From positions 2,789-66,788 of the forward strand of contig PLIU01000491.1 of assembly GCA_003140095.1 (NCBI GenBank): 64,000 nucleotides of DNA, in the 5' to 3' direction. This stretch comes from Verrucomicrobiales bacterium. GTDB lineage: Bacteria; Verrucomicrobiota; Verrucomicrobiia; Limisphaerales; Palsa-1400. Made by a program: the position numbers and the translations under genes. The notes below the pieces were generated by a model. That model was not told the origin of the DNA. It searched no databases and saw only the letters and a program-made list of their open reading frames with translations. Below are positions 10,477 through 19,216 of the stretch, in pieces; position 1 is the stretch's first letter; each line of letters starts with the position of its first letter.

Positions 10477-10900
10477 CTAAAACACCGGGTTTTTCAGCAG
10501 AATCGAATGTTTAGATGCGACCCCAATGCCTATTTCTCTGCTCCTGCTGTTCATGAACGATGTCATTTTTCCGTCTTGCAGATTCAAACGGCCAAGGGCA
10601 CCGCCGGAGGTTCCTCCGTAACCGATCCAAAGCGAATCTCCGATCAGGCAAAGGCTCGCAATCCAGTTTTTCGCCAATCCGTCGGCTTCGGTGCGACTGC
10701 TGAACTCGCGTTTGGCCTTGTCGAATTCAAATAATCCACCGCCGTCGCTGCCAAGCCAGATTTTATCTTGCTCCGCGCGCATGCAGGTATAAGTTGGAAA
10801 GCCAGCCCTCCGGGGATGGTGACGACATAATTGGTTTTGAAATTGAAATCAAGACTGTGCAGGCGGCCCGCCGTGAGCAGCAGCCCTTCTTCTGCGCGGG
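10477..10900 (-). pseudogene. Remnant of a beta-propeller (two-component-regulator-propeller type) sensor protein; frameshifted and truncated at both ends
   Basis: The frame of ORF 10477..10782 reads ..AGFPTYTCMRAEQDKIWLGSDGGGLFEFD..DSLWIGYGG..LGRLNL. An adjacent frame upstream reads ..GLLLTAGRLHSLDF..VVTIPGG, implying a frameshift near 10805-10815. No N-terminus or start codon. Confidence 0.4.
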
Positions 10901-10932
10901 CTGACCCTTCGGCTACGCGGTATTTCAATCTT

Positions 10933-12579
10933 ATGTTGCAAAAAAGGTTTTTTACATTGTTCGCCTCCTGCGTGGCCCTTGTGTTCGTGTTGCCCTTGTC
11001 ACCGCAGGCTGGCGCGCCCAACCAGATTCAGGAAGGGGAGATGGCCGGATACCTGCTGGTCCCGAACGAGAAAGTTCAAGAGACGTATAACGCCGGGTTC
11101 TCGATGTATGTAGCAGCTTGGCCTTTAGTGCAGAAATATCCGGGGCATCGTTTTCAAACAGGTTTGTTCGGCACTTGGATGTTCGCGCAGTCTGAGGGTC
11201 CCGCTCCGACCAATTTGTATTCGGATATTGAGGGCGGGCTGGGCTGGTGGACTGACACGCGGTTTCCCACCGAAACGCCGAAGTTCATTATGGGCGGAGT
11301 GGCGCCGAATTTCAGTGAATGGGCAAATGGACCCGGGGCAGGCAAGGAAAGGAACTGGGATGAACCGAAAGGCCAATATGGTGTGGCACAACTCAGCCCC
11401 TGGTTGCTGTGGCCCATGGATGGGTTGAACTTGAAACAAGGCACCTGTGGCGAACTGTTCGGCTACGGTTACCTGCCGCTTCCGCTGAGCACGGCCAAAT
11501 CCGTCACCGCCGGGAAAAATGTACCTACCGGAGATAACTGCTGGACCTTATTTCTGAACACGCGAAACTTCAAAGGTCCGGTTGCCTTCTTCACCCCCTA
11601 TTTCTGGTCCCACGGGACTGTGGAAGATCCTCGCCTGGGTGGAAAGCTTCTGGATAGCCGTCCCTCGCAGCCAAATCGGGCTTTGCAGATGGAAACCCAG
11701 TATATCCCCAGCGTCCAGTCCGTTGACGGGAAAGGGGAGACTTACGCCCGAATTGCCCGAACCTCGTTCCCTCGAGGGCCGAGGGGCGAATCGGTGGTAG
11801 TGCATCGCGTCACCTCCTACAGCAAGAAGGCGCTCTGGGATGCGGTGAAGGCTTGGTTTGAAGGCGGGCCCCAGGTCAGCGGCGCCATCGACCCGCTGGG
11901 GGCTGGTGTGCATAGCTTTAGCGGAGGCGGGGGGGCGACCTGGAGGATCTATACGCCCTCTGTTCCGGAGAAAGAAAGGGCGCCGCTGGCTTGGAATTCT
12001 CTAGCGAGTCCCATCGCAGTTGATTCAAATACCTTCGGCTACCGGTGGAACTCCCAACTGGCTGCGAGAAACGATTCCAAGGATGGCTCGCTGGTGACAC
12101 TGCCCGAATACTATCACCTGGTGACTCATGATCATAAGAAAGCGGAGTGGGTTGCGGTACGACCCGAGGACGTTCCGGCTGAGACAGGCCTGGTCCAGGC
12201 TCGCTTTGATCGGCCGCGCGAGGATCGTCCCGAACCCTACGTCACTCCCGAGGATGCGAAGAGTTGCTGGAAGAAACCTGGCCCGGTGGCAGGGCCTTTC
12301 CAGGCGCACCTGGGGGACGGCAGTGTGGTGACGTACTATTGGTATCGATTCGCCGACCAGCCTGCATTACTCAACGCCGATTTAACAGATCAAGAGCGGG
12401 AGGGCTTGCAGGCGAGGGTGGAAAAACTCCACCGGAACTGGAAAAAAGACCGCGACTACCTGGCGCCGCCCACGATTGGAAAATTGGCGGAGGTTGACCC
12501 GGCGTTGATTGTAACCCCGCCGCCGGGATTGGAGGCAGGGTATGTGCCCATCGCCACACGGCAAGCAGCGGAAGAATAA
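10933..12579 (+). CDS. Secreted protein of unknown function (548 aa)
   Basis: ORF 10831..12579 trimmed to ATG 10933 (MLQKRFFTLFASCVALVFVLPLSPQAGAP, signal peptide). GC-rich third positions throughout. I recognise no family. Confidence 0.6.
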   Translation: MLQKRFFTLFASCVALVFVLPLSPQAGAPNQIQEGEMAGYLLVPNEKVQETYNAGFSMYVAAWPLVQKYPGHRFQTGLFGTWMFAQSEGPAPTNLYSDIEGGLGWWTDTRFPTETPKFIMGGVAPNFSEWANGPGAGKERNWDEPKGQYGVAQLSPWLLWPMDGLNLKQGTCGELFGYGYLPLPLSTAKSVTAGKNVPTGDNCWTLFLNTRNFKGPVAFFTPYFWSHGTVEDPRLGGKLLDSRPSQPNRALQMETQYIPSVQSVDGKGETYARIARTSFPRGPRGESVVVHRVTSYSKKALWDAVKAWFEGGPQVSGAIDPLGAGVHSFSGGGGATWRIYTPSVPEKERAPLAWNSLASPIAVDSNTFGYRWNSQLAARNDSKDGSLVTLPEYYHLVTHDHKKAEWVAVRPEDVPAETGLVQARFDRPREDRPEPYVTPEDAKSCWKKPGPVAGPFQAHLGDGSVVTYYWYRFADQPALLNADLTDQEREGLQARVEKLHRNWKKDRDYLAPPTIGKLAEVDPALIVTPPPGLEAGYVPIATRQAAEE

Positions 12580-12641
12580 GTGAAAGGCGTCGGAACGGTG
12601 TCGCAACGTTGTCAGGACGGCAAAAGGGAATATCGAAGATG

Positions 12642-13244
12642 TTACTTTTTGCCTTTGAACAAGTCCTTCCGCATACGCGCTTTCAGGCGTTTGAGGCATA
12701 GCCTTGCAGCTTCATCGGCGGTGTAGATCCAAAAGCCGGAGATGTCGGAGCCGCCTTTATACTCGTAGTCGGCAGTCCACAATCGAGTTCCGTGGGCGTC
12801 TTTGAGAGTTATTAACATGGTGCTGTTTTGCCAGTTGAGCATGGCGCCGGATGGGGCGTCGCTTGGAGTGGAAGGTGAATAGCCTGTTCCTCCCCAATAT
12901 CCCTCGCCGTCATACCAGCCGGTCGACGTGGCATCGTCCGGACTAATGGTGGTGGGTGAACCGAGAAAGCCGCCTTCGGAACTGCTCTGGAAGATGATTT
13001 CCATTTTTCCGCTCTGAACGAGTTGAGACTCATTTTCGTTGATGTTGAGCAACTGGCCGAATTCCATGACGGCGACTTCATGCACAATTTTGTCCAGGCC
13101 CGGATTGCCGGTGCGAACGAGGATGGAATAGGTCCCTTTGCTTACTTGTTGGGAGGCCAGAGGGGCGATTTGAGTGTTGACCGTGGAGCATCCGCCAAGA
13201 ATATTCACGCACAAACACAAACACAGCAGGACGCAAAATTTCAT
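12642..13244 (-). CDS. Lipoprotein, function unknown
   Basis: Trimmed to ATG 13242-13244 (MKFCVLLCLCLCVNILGGCS, lipobox LGGC). 200 aa. Confidence 0.6.
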   Translation of the reverse strand: MKFCVLLCLCLCVNILGGCSTVNTQIAPLASQQVSKGTYSILVRTGNPGLDKIVHEVAVMEFGQLLNINENESQLVQSGKMEIIFQSSSEGGFLGSPTTISPDDATSTGWYDGEGYWGGTGYSPSTPSDAPSGAMLNWQNSTMLITLKDAHGTRLWTADYEYKGGSDISGFWIYTADEAARLCLKRLKARMRKDLFKGKK

Positions 13245-13595
13245 GCAATTTATGGGGCGATTTGAAACCGCGAATTCACGCGAAAGTCTCAATCCGCGCC
13301 CCCCTCGCTTGGAGGGGGACGAGAATTTCTTTGGCACTCATGGTTTTATTTTAACAGATGGGGAGTGATTGCCAATGCGGAAATCTCGAAAGCCACGTTC
13401 GGCCTTACGCCCAGTCAATACGCCGAGGCTCGCTTCCGGTTCTGCTCGTTTTACCTTGCTGCTAACGGCTTATGGAAAACGCTCGATTTTTGCCGAGAAT
13501 CAGCCATGCTGGCCTTCGACGGTGACGCCTCCATTGATTTGGTTCACATGCGCCGTGCCAATAGCCGGTAGAACCTGAGAGCGGCTATTGCGGGT

Positions 13596-15236
13596 TCACT
13601 TGAGGGGCAAGCGATCGCGGATGAATCTAGCAAGGTCATCTGCCGCGGGCGGGTCAAGATTTGCAAGCGCAACCACGATGTAGTTCGAACCGGGAAAAAC
13701 GGACAACCTTCCGTTCATGCCTGGCGAGCCACCCCCATGGCCAAAGCATCGCACGCCATCCCCCGTTAGCTCATCCTCAAACCCAAACGCATACTTAATC
13801 CCGGGCCGTCGCGTGGAGACTTTTCCCGTGATGAGCAGCTCAGTGTAGTGTGCATCCAGAAGCTTGTGAGAGGTCAGCGCATTGACGAATTTGAGCAAGT
13901 CCCCAACCGTCGAATAGCCTCCGCCGGCAGAAGTCCCCCGATAGGGCAACGAGCCTGTGGTGGCTCGCAGCGAGCCTTTTGAGCCAATCGAGTGGTCCTC
14001 TGAACCGGGTGCAGGGCCAACCAGATGAGGGCCAGGATCGCCCGGACCAAAACCAGGGTTCGGACCCGGACCCGGGCCAATCAAATGCAAACCAGGGCCA
14101 CCTGGGCCGGTATAGCCGACCGACAGGTCCGGCACATTTTGATCCTCCGGCACATTGTCGGTCGAGTTCATTCCGACCGGCTTGAAGATGTGGTCGCGAA
14201 CGTAATCGTAGTAGGACTGACCGCTGACCACTTCAATAATGCGGCCAAGAAGAACAAACCCATAGTTGCTGTAGTCCCAGTCCGTGCCTGGCTTGAACTG
14301 GACCCCTCGCTTTCCGTAGAGCGCCACATAGTCCTTAAGTTCTTTCAACTCCTCCCGATGGGCTTCGTATTCGGGGCTAAAAATATCGCCTGTTCCGCCC
14401 GTGTGCGTGAGCAGTTGATAAATGGTTACCCCTGCGACTTCCTGGTTCGGGTAATCGGTCAAATACTTTGCGATGGGGTCTTCAAGGTGGATCTTGCCGG
14501 CTTGGACTAGCTGCAGAACTGCGACCCCGGTAAACATCTTACCCATCGAACCGAAGCGAAACTTCGTGTCCACCGTATTGGTGATGCGATTCTCACGGTC
14601 GGCATAGCCGTAGGCAGCTTCAAAAGCCGATTGCCCATCCTTGGCGATCAGAACGGCCCCTGAGAACTTGTCCTCCGCGGCTCGTCGTTCCAACTCGGAC
14701 CTCACTGCGGCGATTGCATCGCCCCCAGCATGATTCGCAGGGGTTGCCGGAGTCGCACCGGAGGATTCGCCCGGCTCAACCATCATACTATCGATTTTCG
14801 GTTCCCCGTCTGGCGGAAGGACAAGTTTGACTGTTAGAGCGGTGTCGCCTCGGCTAAATTCGAGGGCCACCAAATTATCCGCAGATTTTACTGCTTGGAG
14901 ACTGGCGCCTTTCAAGTCTTGATTTAGTTGCTCAAGCATCTGCACATGGTCCTTTTCGGAAGCGAATTCCTGAAACCTCCGGCTGTAGTGCTCCTTAACG
15001 AATGTTGCCCTGTCGTTACGGGTTCCCTTTTGCACAACCTGGATGAATTGCCTCACCAATTCTCCGGCTGGCGTCTTAGGAATCTCCGGTTCAGCAGCGA
15101 TTAACGCGCCAGAGAGGCCGAGCAGGATCGCAAGGTTTAAGAATGTGAGGATCGTGGTTGGGATCTTCAGACGAGATCTCTCGGAGCAACCAGGCTGATG
15201 CCGGACCGTTTCAAATTGATGCAGAATCGAATTCAT
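13596..15236 (-). CDS. Beta-lactamase-fold serine hydrolase (class C / PBP-like) with N-terminal extra domain and a Gly/Pro-rich insertion
   Basis: Trimmed to ATG 15234-15236 (MNSILHQ.. followed by a hydrophobic anchor). SxxK motif FRFGSMGKMFTG. YSNYG motif. Confidence 0.85.
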   Translation of the reverse strand: MNSILHQFETVRHQPGCSERSRLKIPTTILTFLNLAILLGLSGALIAAEPEIPKTPAGELVRQFIQVVQKGTRNDRATFVKEHYSRRFQEFASEKDHVQMLEQLNQDLKGASLQAVKSADNLVALEFSRGDTALTVKLVLPPDGEPKIDSMMVEPGESSGATPATPANHAGGDAIAAVRSELERRAAEDKFSGAVLIAKDGQSAFEAAYGYADRENRITNTVDTKFRFGSMGKMFTGVAVLQLVQAGKIHLEDPIAKYLTDYPNQEVAGVTIYQLLTHTGGTGDIFSPEYEAHREELKELKDYVALYGKRGVQFKPGTDWDYSNYGFVLLGRIIEVVSGQSYYDYVRDHIFKPVGMNSTDNVPEDQNVPDLSVGYTGPGGPGLHLIGPGPGPNPGFGPGDPGPHLVGPAPGSEDHSIGSKGSLRATTGSLPYRGTSAGGGYSTVGDLLKFVNALTSHKLLDAHYTELLITGKVSTRRPGIKYAFGFEDELTGDGVRCFGHGGGSPGMNGRLSVFPGSNYIVVALANLDPPAADDLARFIRDRLPLK

Positions 15237-15411
15237 GGGCAGAGCGTAGCAGCGCAGCGCACCCTCTGCGAATTCGTTGAGACGAACAGGGAATAAAACG
15301 AGACGAACATCGACGCAACGAGCACGAAGCTGGCGTGTGCAGGTACGCCTCATGGCACGTCGGGTACGGTATCCCCGGTATCTGCAATGCTGGCTGGGGG
15401 GCCGAACGCGC

Positions 15412-16167
15412 TCAGCGCAACTGAAGCCGGGATTGGACCTCTTTCAACGACAGCGGGCTGAGGAGTTTGGCCCCGGTCTTTAGAAGCAGGTATAATTTGC
15501 CTTTCGGACCAGGTTCAACGCCACGGATTCGGCCGATATTGGCCAAGGCAAAGCGGCTTACCCGTGTGAATACGCGCGGGTTGAGAAGTTTTTCCAAATG
15601 GCCCAGGTTTTCGCGCAGTACATGCGTTTCTTTGCCAACGTGGAGAACCACATAATTGCGGGCTGACACGATATAATCGATTTCCTCGGTGGGGATAAAT
15701 AATACGCGATCGTTCGTTTTGACCGTGATGCTGCGGAGATGCTCGCCCGGGCGCGGTTGAGCCTCCAGGAGCTGGATGACTCGTGCATTGGCTTCGGCCA
15801 ATGTTCGCTGGGTGATCGCGGCCCTGGCGCGTTGGAACGTTTCCTTAAAGCGGGCGTCGCGGAACGGTTTCAGCAGGTAATCCAGAGCATTTAGTTCGAA
15901 AGCCTCTATGGCGTGCCGGTCGAATCCCGTCACAAAAATGATGGCTGGTATCAGGCAGCGAATCTGCCGGAGCACCTCAAGACCACTGGATTTCGGCATC
16001 TGCACATCGAGAAAAACTAGATCAGGGCGCTGTTCCTCGATGGCAGCAACGGCTCCCGGCCCGTCCGAGCATTCGGCCACGATGCGCGCCTCCGGTTCAT
16101 CCGCCAGGAGCGTGCGGATGCGCACTCGAGCCAGCGGTTCATCGTCCACGATGATCGTCTTAATCAT
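15412..16167 (-). CDS. LytTR-family response regulator
   Basis: Trimmed to ATG 16165-16167 (MIKTIIVDDEPLARVRI..DLVFLDVQMP). C-terminal LytTR DNA-binding domain. The start overlaps the kinase stop (ATGA). Confidence 0.9.
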   Translation of the reverse strand: MIKTIIVDDEPLARVRIRTLLADEPEARIVAECSDGPGAVAAIEEQRPDLVFLDVQMPKSSGLEVLRQIRCLIPAIIFVTGFDRHAIEAFELNALDYLLKPFRDARFKETFQRARAAITQRTLAEANARVIQLLEAQPRPGEHLRSITVKTNDRVLFIPTEEIDYIVSARNYVVLHVGKETHVLRENLGHLEKLLNPRVFTRVSRFALANIGRIRGVEPGPKGKLYLLLKTGAKLLSPLSLKEVQSRLQLR

Positions 16168-17363
16168 TTCTCGGTAAGCGCATTTCGAAACGGAATTTGC
16201 AAGGCGACTCGGAAGCCGCCTCCCGGAGTCGAAGTTGCCGTGAATTGATGGTTTCTCGGATAAAGCTCTTCGAGGCGGCATTTCAGGTTTTCCAGCCCGA
16301 CGCCATTTGAGCTCTGATTCGGCATTCCCGCCCCGTTGTCCTCGACGAGAACCGACAGGTCTTCGGCATCGCGAACGGCGCTTACTCGAATGCAAATCGT
16401 CGAAACGCTGTTTTCCAAACCGTGTTTTATCGCGTTTTCGACCAGTGGCTGAAGGAAAAGGGAAGGGGCCAGACAATCGACAGCGCCGGGCTGAATGTCG
16501 ATTTTTAAATTGAGTCGGTCCCCGAAACGAAGCTTTTGAATCTCAAGGTACTTGTTCAAAAAGTCCAGCTCTTCACTGAGTCGAATTTGCTGGCGATCAG
16601 AAATATTGAGGCTTGCGCGTAGAAGTTCGGCCAGAGAGTTGAGGGCTTCCTGGGCTGCAAGCGGATTGGTGGGAATCAGGGCGGAAACAGCGTTAAGAGC
16701 GTTAAAAACAAAATGGGGCTGCAACTGGCCCCGCAATACTTCGAGGCGCGCTTCGCTGAGCTTGGAGGAGAGTTCCAGGGCCTTGCGCTCACGGTTCTGA
16801 GCGCGGTGAGAGTAGTAAACGGTTTGGGTTCCAGCGACTAAAAGCCAGTATATGGTCGCGTCGGAATGTTGATATAGGAAATGAACAAACCAGCGGATGT
16901 ACTCGAATTCAACGCCCTCGGGTTGACGAGGCGCGCCGCCACCTGCCTCTCTCAAGTTCGGGATTGGAAGTTGCACATGCTTTGGCGGCAAAGTCTCCGT
17001 GAGGCGATGTTGCGTCCATCGACCTGCAACCAAGGCAAGTGCAACGCCGCATGCCACGTGAATCGGCAGAGCTTTGAACCAAGAATTCCGCTCGAAACGG
17101 AAGTTCCAGCCTAGCGCAACGATTCCGGGCGAGAAAATCAACCAAGGGAACAAGTCTCGTGCCGCGTCCGCCAGAAGTTTCACCGAGCGGAGGGGATCAT
17201 TCTGGTCGCCCAGGATGAGGTTGTAGTGTTCTGTCTGAATGAGGTGAGGCGCCCTTTCGCCCGAGGGGGCGTCAAACCAGAAAACACCTAGCAATACTAG
17301 ACCCGCCCACAAAATGAGTGCGATCCAGATCTGGATTTTGGCAAGGCTCAGGCGCATGGACAT
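16164..17363 (-). CDS. LytS/YehU-type sensor histidine kinase
   Basis: 399 aa. Membrane N-terminus. His_kinase-type region LQPHFVFNALN. HATPase_c region (LVENAIKHG..DNGAGM..GVGLEN). Confidence 0.88.
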   Translation of the reverse strand: MSMRLSLAKIQIWIALILWAGLVLLGVFWFDAPSGERAPHLIQTEHYNLILGDQNDPLRSVKLLADAARDLFPWLIFSPGIVALGWNFRFERNSWFKALPIHVACGVALALVAGRWTQHRLTETLPPKHVQLPIPNLREAGGGAPRQPEGVEFEYIRWFVHFLYQHSDATIYWLLVAGTQTVYYSHRAQNRERKALELSSKLSEARLEVLRGQLQPHFVFNALNAVSALIPTNPLAAQEALNSLAELLRASLNISDRQQIRLSEELDFLNKYLEIQKLRFGDRLNLKIDIQPGAVDCLAPSLFLQPLVENAIKHGLENSVSTICIRVSAVRDAEDLSVLVEDNGAGMPNQSSNGVGLENLKCRLEELYPRNHQFTATSTPGGGFRVALQIPFRNALTEK

Positions 17364-17708
17364 TTAGGCACTGCATGCAAACAATAACCGGAGTCGCCGC
17401 TCAAAGTCTAGGAAATGGTCCCGAATCGAGATGCCGACAATAACTGGCCAGCCAAAGGGTAATGGCGACACCCAATTCGGTGTCTTCCCGCTCTCTAGCG
17501 TTCTCGGATCTCTGGCTTCACCGAGCCCGCTTCGGACTTCATCAGTTATTGTTTAAAGCTCTCCCTCAATAATTATGCGCACGCTCAACTCCAGGAAGTC
17601 GAACGTTTCACTCTGCAGCTTGCTAATTTCATGAACAAAAAGATCATGCGTCCCATCGATGTTGCTCTGGCCAAGGCCGCCAGATGGCCAATTTGGTTTT
17701 GTTTATTG

Positions 17709-18179
17709 TCATTGCAAGGCGTTTTTTTCGAGTCGAAGGCGCAGTTTTCCGATCAAAGCCAATGCTGCCTCAATTTCTTCACCGCTTGCTCCCGATGCAA
17801 TCTTGTTCGCCCATTGAATTTGACGTTGACTCAACCGCTTCATGACCTGTTGTCCATTTTCACTCAGGCGCATCAGTTTAGCCCTTTGATGGTCCGGATT
17901 CGGGACGAACTCCACCATCCCCGTTTTCTCCATGTTGTCAGCCAATCTCTGGACACTCTGGCGCGCCACGCCCATATTACGGGATATTTGGGCAATAGAA
18001 AGGGGACGATCCACAATCGCACCCAGGACCTGCCAACGGGCGCTGGACAGATCAAACGGTTTGGTCAGGTTGTCCCCTGCGCTCAAAAGCCTTCCGTTAA
18101 ACCGGAAAGTCTCCAGGACCAGTTCTGTGAAGACTTTGCCGGCTCTCGAATGCGATTTCATATGACTATGGGCCAACAC
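17709..18179 (-). CDS. MarR-family transcriptional regulator
   Basis: 156 aa. Winged helix (SSARWQVLGAIVDRPLSIAQISRNMGVARQSVQRLADNMEKTGMVEFVPNPDHQRAK). The start may instead be the 7th codon (MKSHS). Confidence 0.85.
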   Translation of the reverse strand: MLAHSHMKSHSRAGKVFTELVLETFRFNGRLLSAGDNLTKPFDLSSARWQVLGAIVDRPLSIAQISRNMGVARQSVQRLADNMEKTGMVEFVPNPDHQRAKLMRLSENGQQVMKRLSQRQIQWANKIASGASGEEIEAALALIGKLRLRLEKNALQ

Positions 18180-18537
18180 AGAGATTAGGGACGTTGAGAC
18201 GCTTGAAGAGATGCGGGGAGGCGACAGTGGAGGGTGGGTAGTGTTCCATGGCCTTCCTGAACTCCGGATGCTGGAACGCCGCGCGATAGTGAGCGACCGA
18301 TTCCCACACCCCGTAATTCATCAACACGGTGCTGCCAGCAATGCCGCGATGCAACTGCGTCGAGATGAAACCCGGCCGCTGCTTCATCCAATTGGCATCC
18401 TTCTCCCATGCCTTCAGGAGGGCCGGAACATCATTCTCTGCCACCTGAAAGATGTTTACCAAAACCACGGGTGACATATCTGTGTCAATTTGTCGGAATA
18501 TCGGAACGATGTTGTCGAGGGGCTTAATCTGGATCAT
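18166..18537 (-). CDS. ABM (antibiotic-biosynthesis-monooxygenase-like) domain protein
   Basis: 123 aa. Ferredoxin-like ABM pattern VVLVNIFQV..WMKQRPGFISTQLHR..MNYGVWESVAHYRAAF. Confidence 0.78.
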   Translation of the reverse strand: MIQIKPLDNIVPIFRQIDTDMSPVVLVNIFQVAENDVPALLKAWEKDANWMKQRPGFISTQLHRGIAGSTVLMNYGVWESVAHYRAAFQHPEFRKAMEHYPPSTVASPHLFKRLNVPNLCVGP

Positions 18538-19026
18538 ATAAATGAATTATCCTCATAGGGTGTTGTTGTGAAGGACGAATTTAATATGACAGCATGCTGC
18601 CATATTGAAAGCATTATGTCAAATTATTTCGCACCGCTTTTCGGCAAACCGCGGGATGTCCACCCCGGATTCAATACGACGGGTGGCAAACAAGTGGAGC
18701 AAGCCCCGCACGTTGTAATGAATTCATTACAACCTGACGCATCTTTTTCGGCAAGGTTCGTGAAAATGAAAGGAAATTATGCAAATGGAAAATAACTCCT
18801 CGGAGCAAAATGCTCTGACAACCGATAAAAGCGCGGCAGTGCCGGGCATAAATGAGTTCAGCCTGTTTACACGCAACCAGATGGACGAGATCGAAGCAGA
18901 ACGCCTGCGATGGGGTGAAGTCGCCATTACAGAAGCCGAACTGCATCAAACGTTACACACCAGGGCAATTAGCCTTGTCGCGCCGCCCAATCAGGAAGTA
19001 AATTGGTCGGACAGTGATTTGGGAAT

Positions 19027-19216
19027 TCAAAAGCACGATGGGGTTTCGAACGAAAGCAGCCCGGCCAATTCACCTTCCGCGGCAAGTTCGAGGGGGGGCG
19101 GCAAACTCTTTTGCAAGCAGGGCGACGTTGCCAAGATGCGCGGACAAAGGCCGCCATTTTTCCTCTGCCAAGCGTTTGCCTTGGCCGTCTTCAGCGGTGT
19201 GCGCGAAGAATTTCAT
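19027..19216 (-). pseudogene. 5' remnant of a cas3-like HD-nuclease gene (frameshifted, truncated)
   Basis: ATG 19214-19216 gives MKFFAHTAEDGQGKRLAEEKWRPLSAHLGNVALLAKEFAAP. Removing one C from the C7 run (19092-19098) continues PLELAAEGELAGLL. This matches the Cas3 N-terminal pattern YAHS..W.PL..HL..VA.LA..FA.PF....LAGLLHDLGK, and homology stops just before HD. Confidence 0.45.

Noticed and set aside
13345-13595. Two overlapping ~68-aa plus-strand ORFs between the lipoprotein and hydrolase genes
   Set aside because: They lie in an intergenic region of a minus-strand gene series. They overlap each other in different frames and have no recognisable features or codon bias.
17631-18188. 185-aa plus-strand ORF
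   Set aside because: It is antisense to the MarR gene, which has a clear winged-helix signature. The plus-frame product has no family features.
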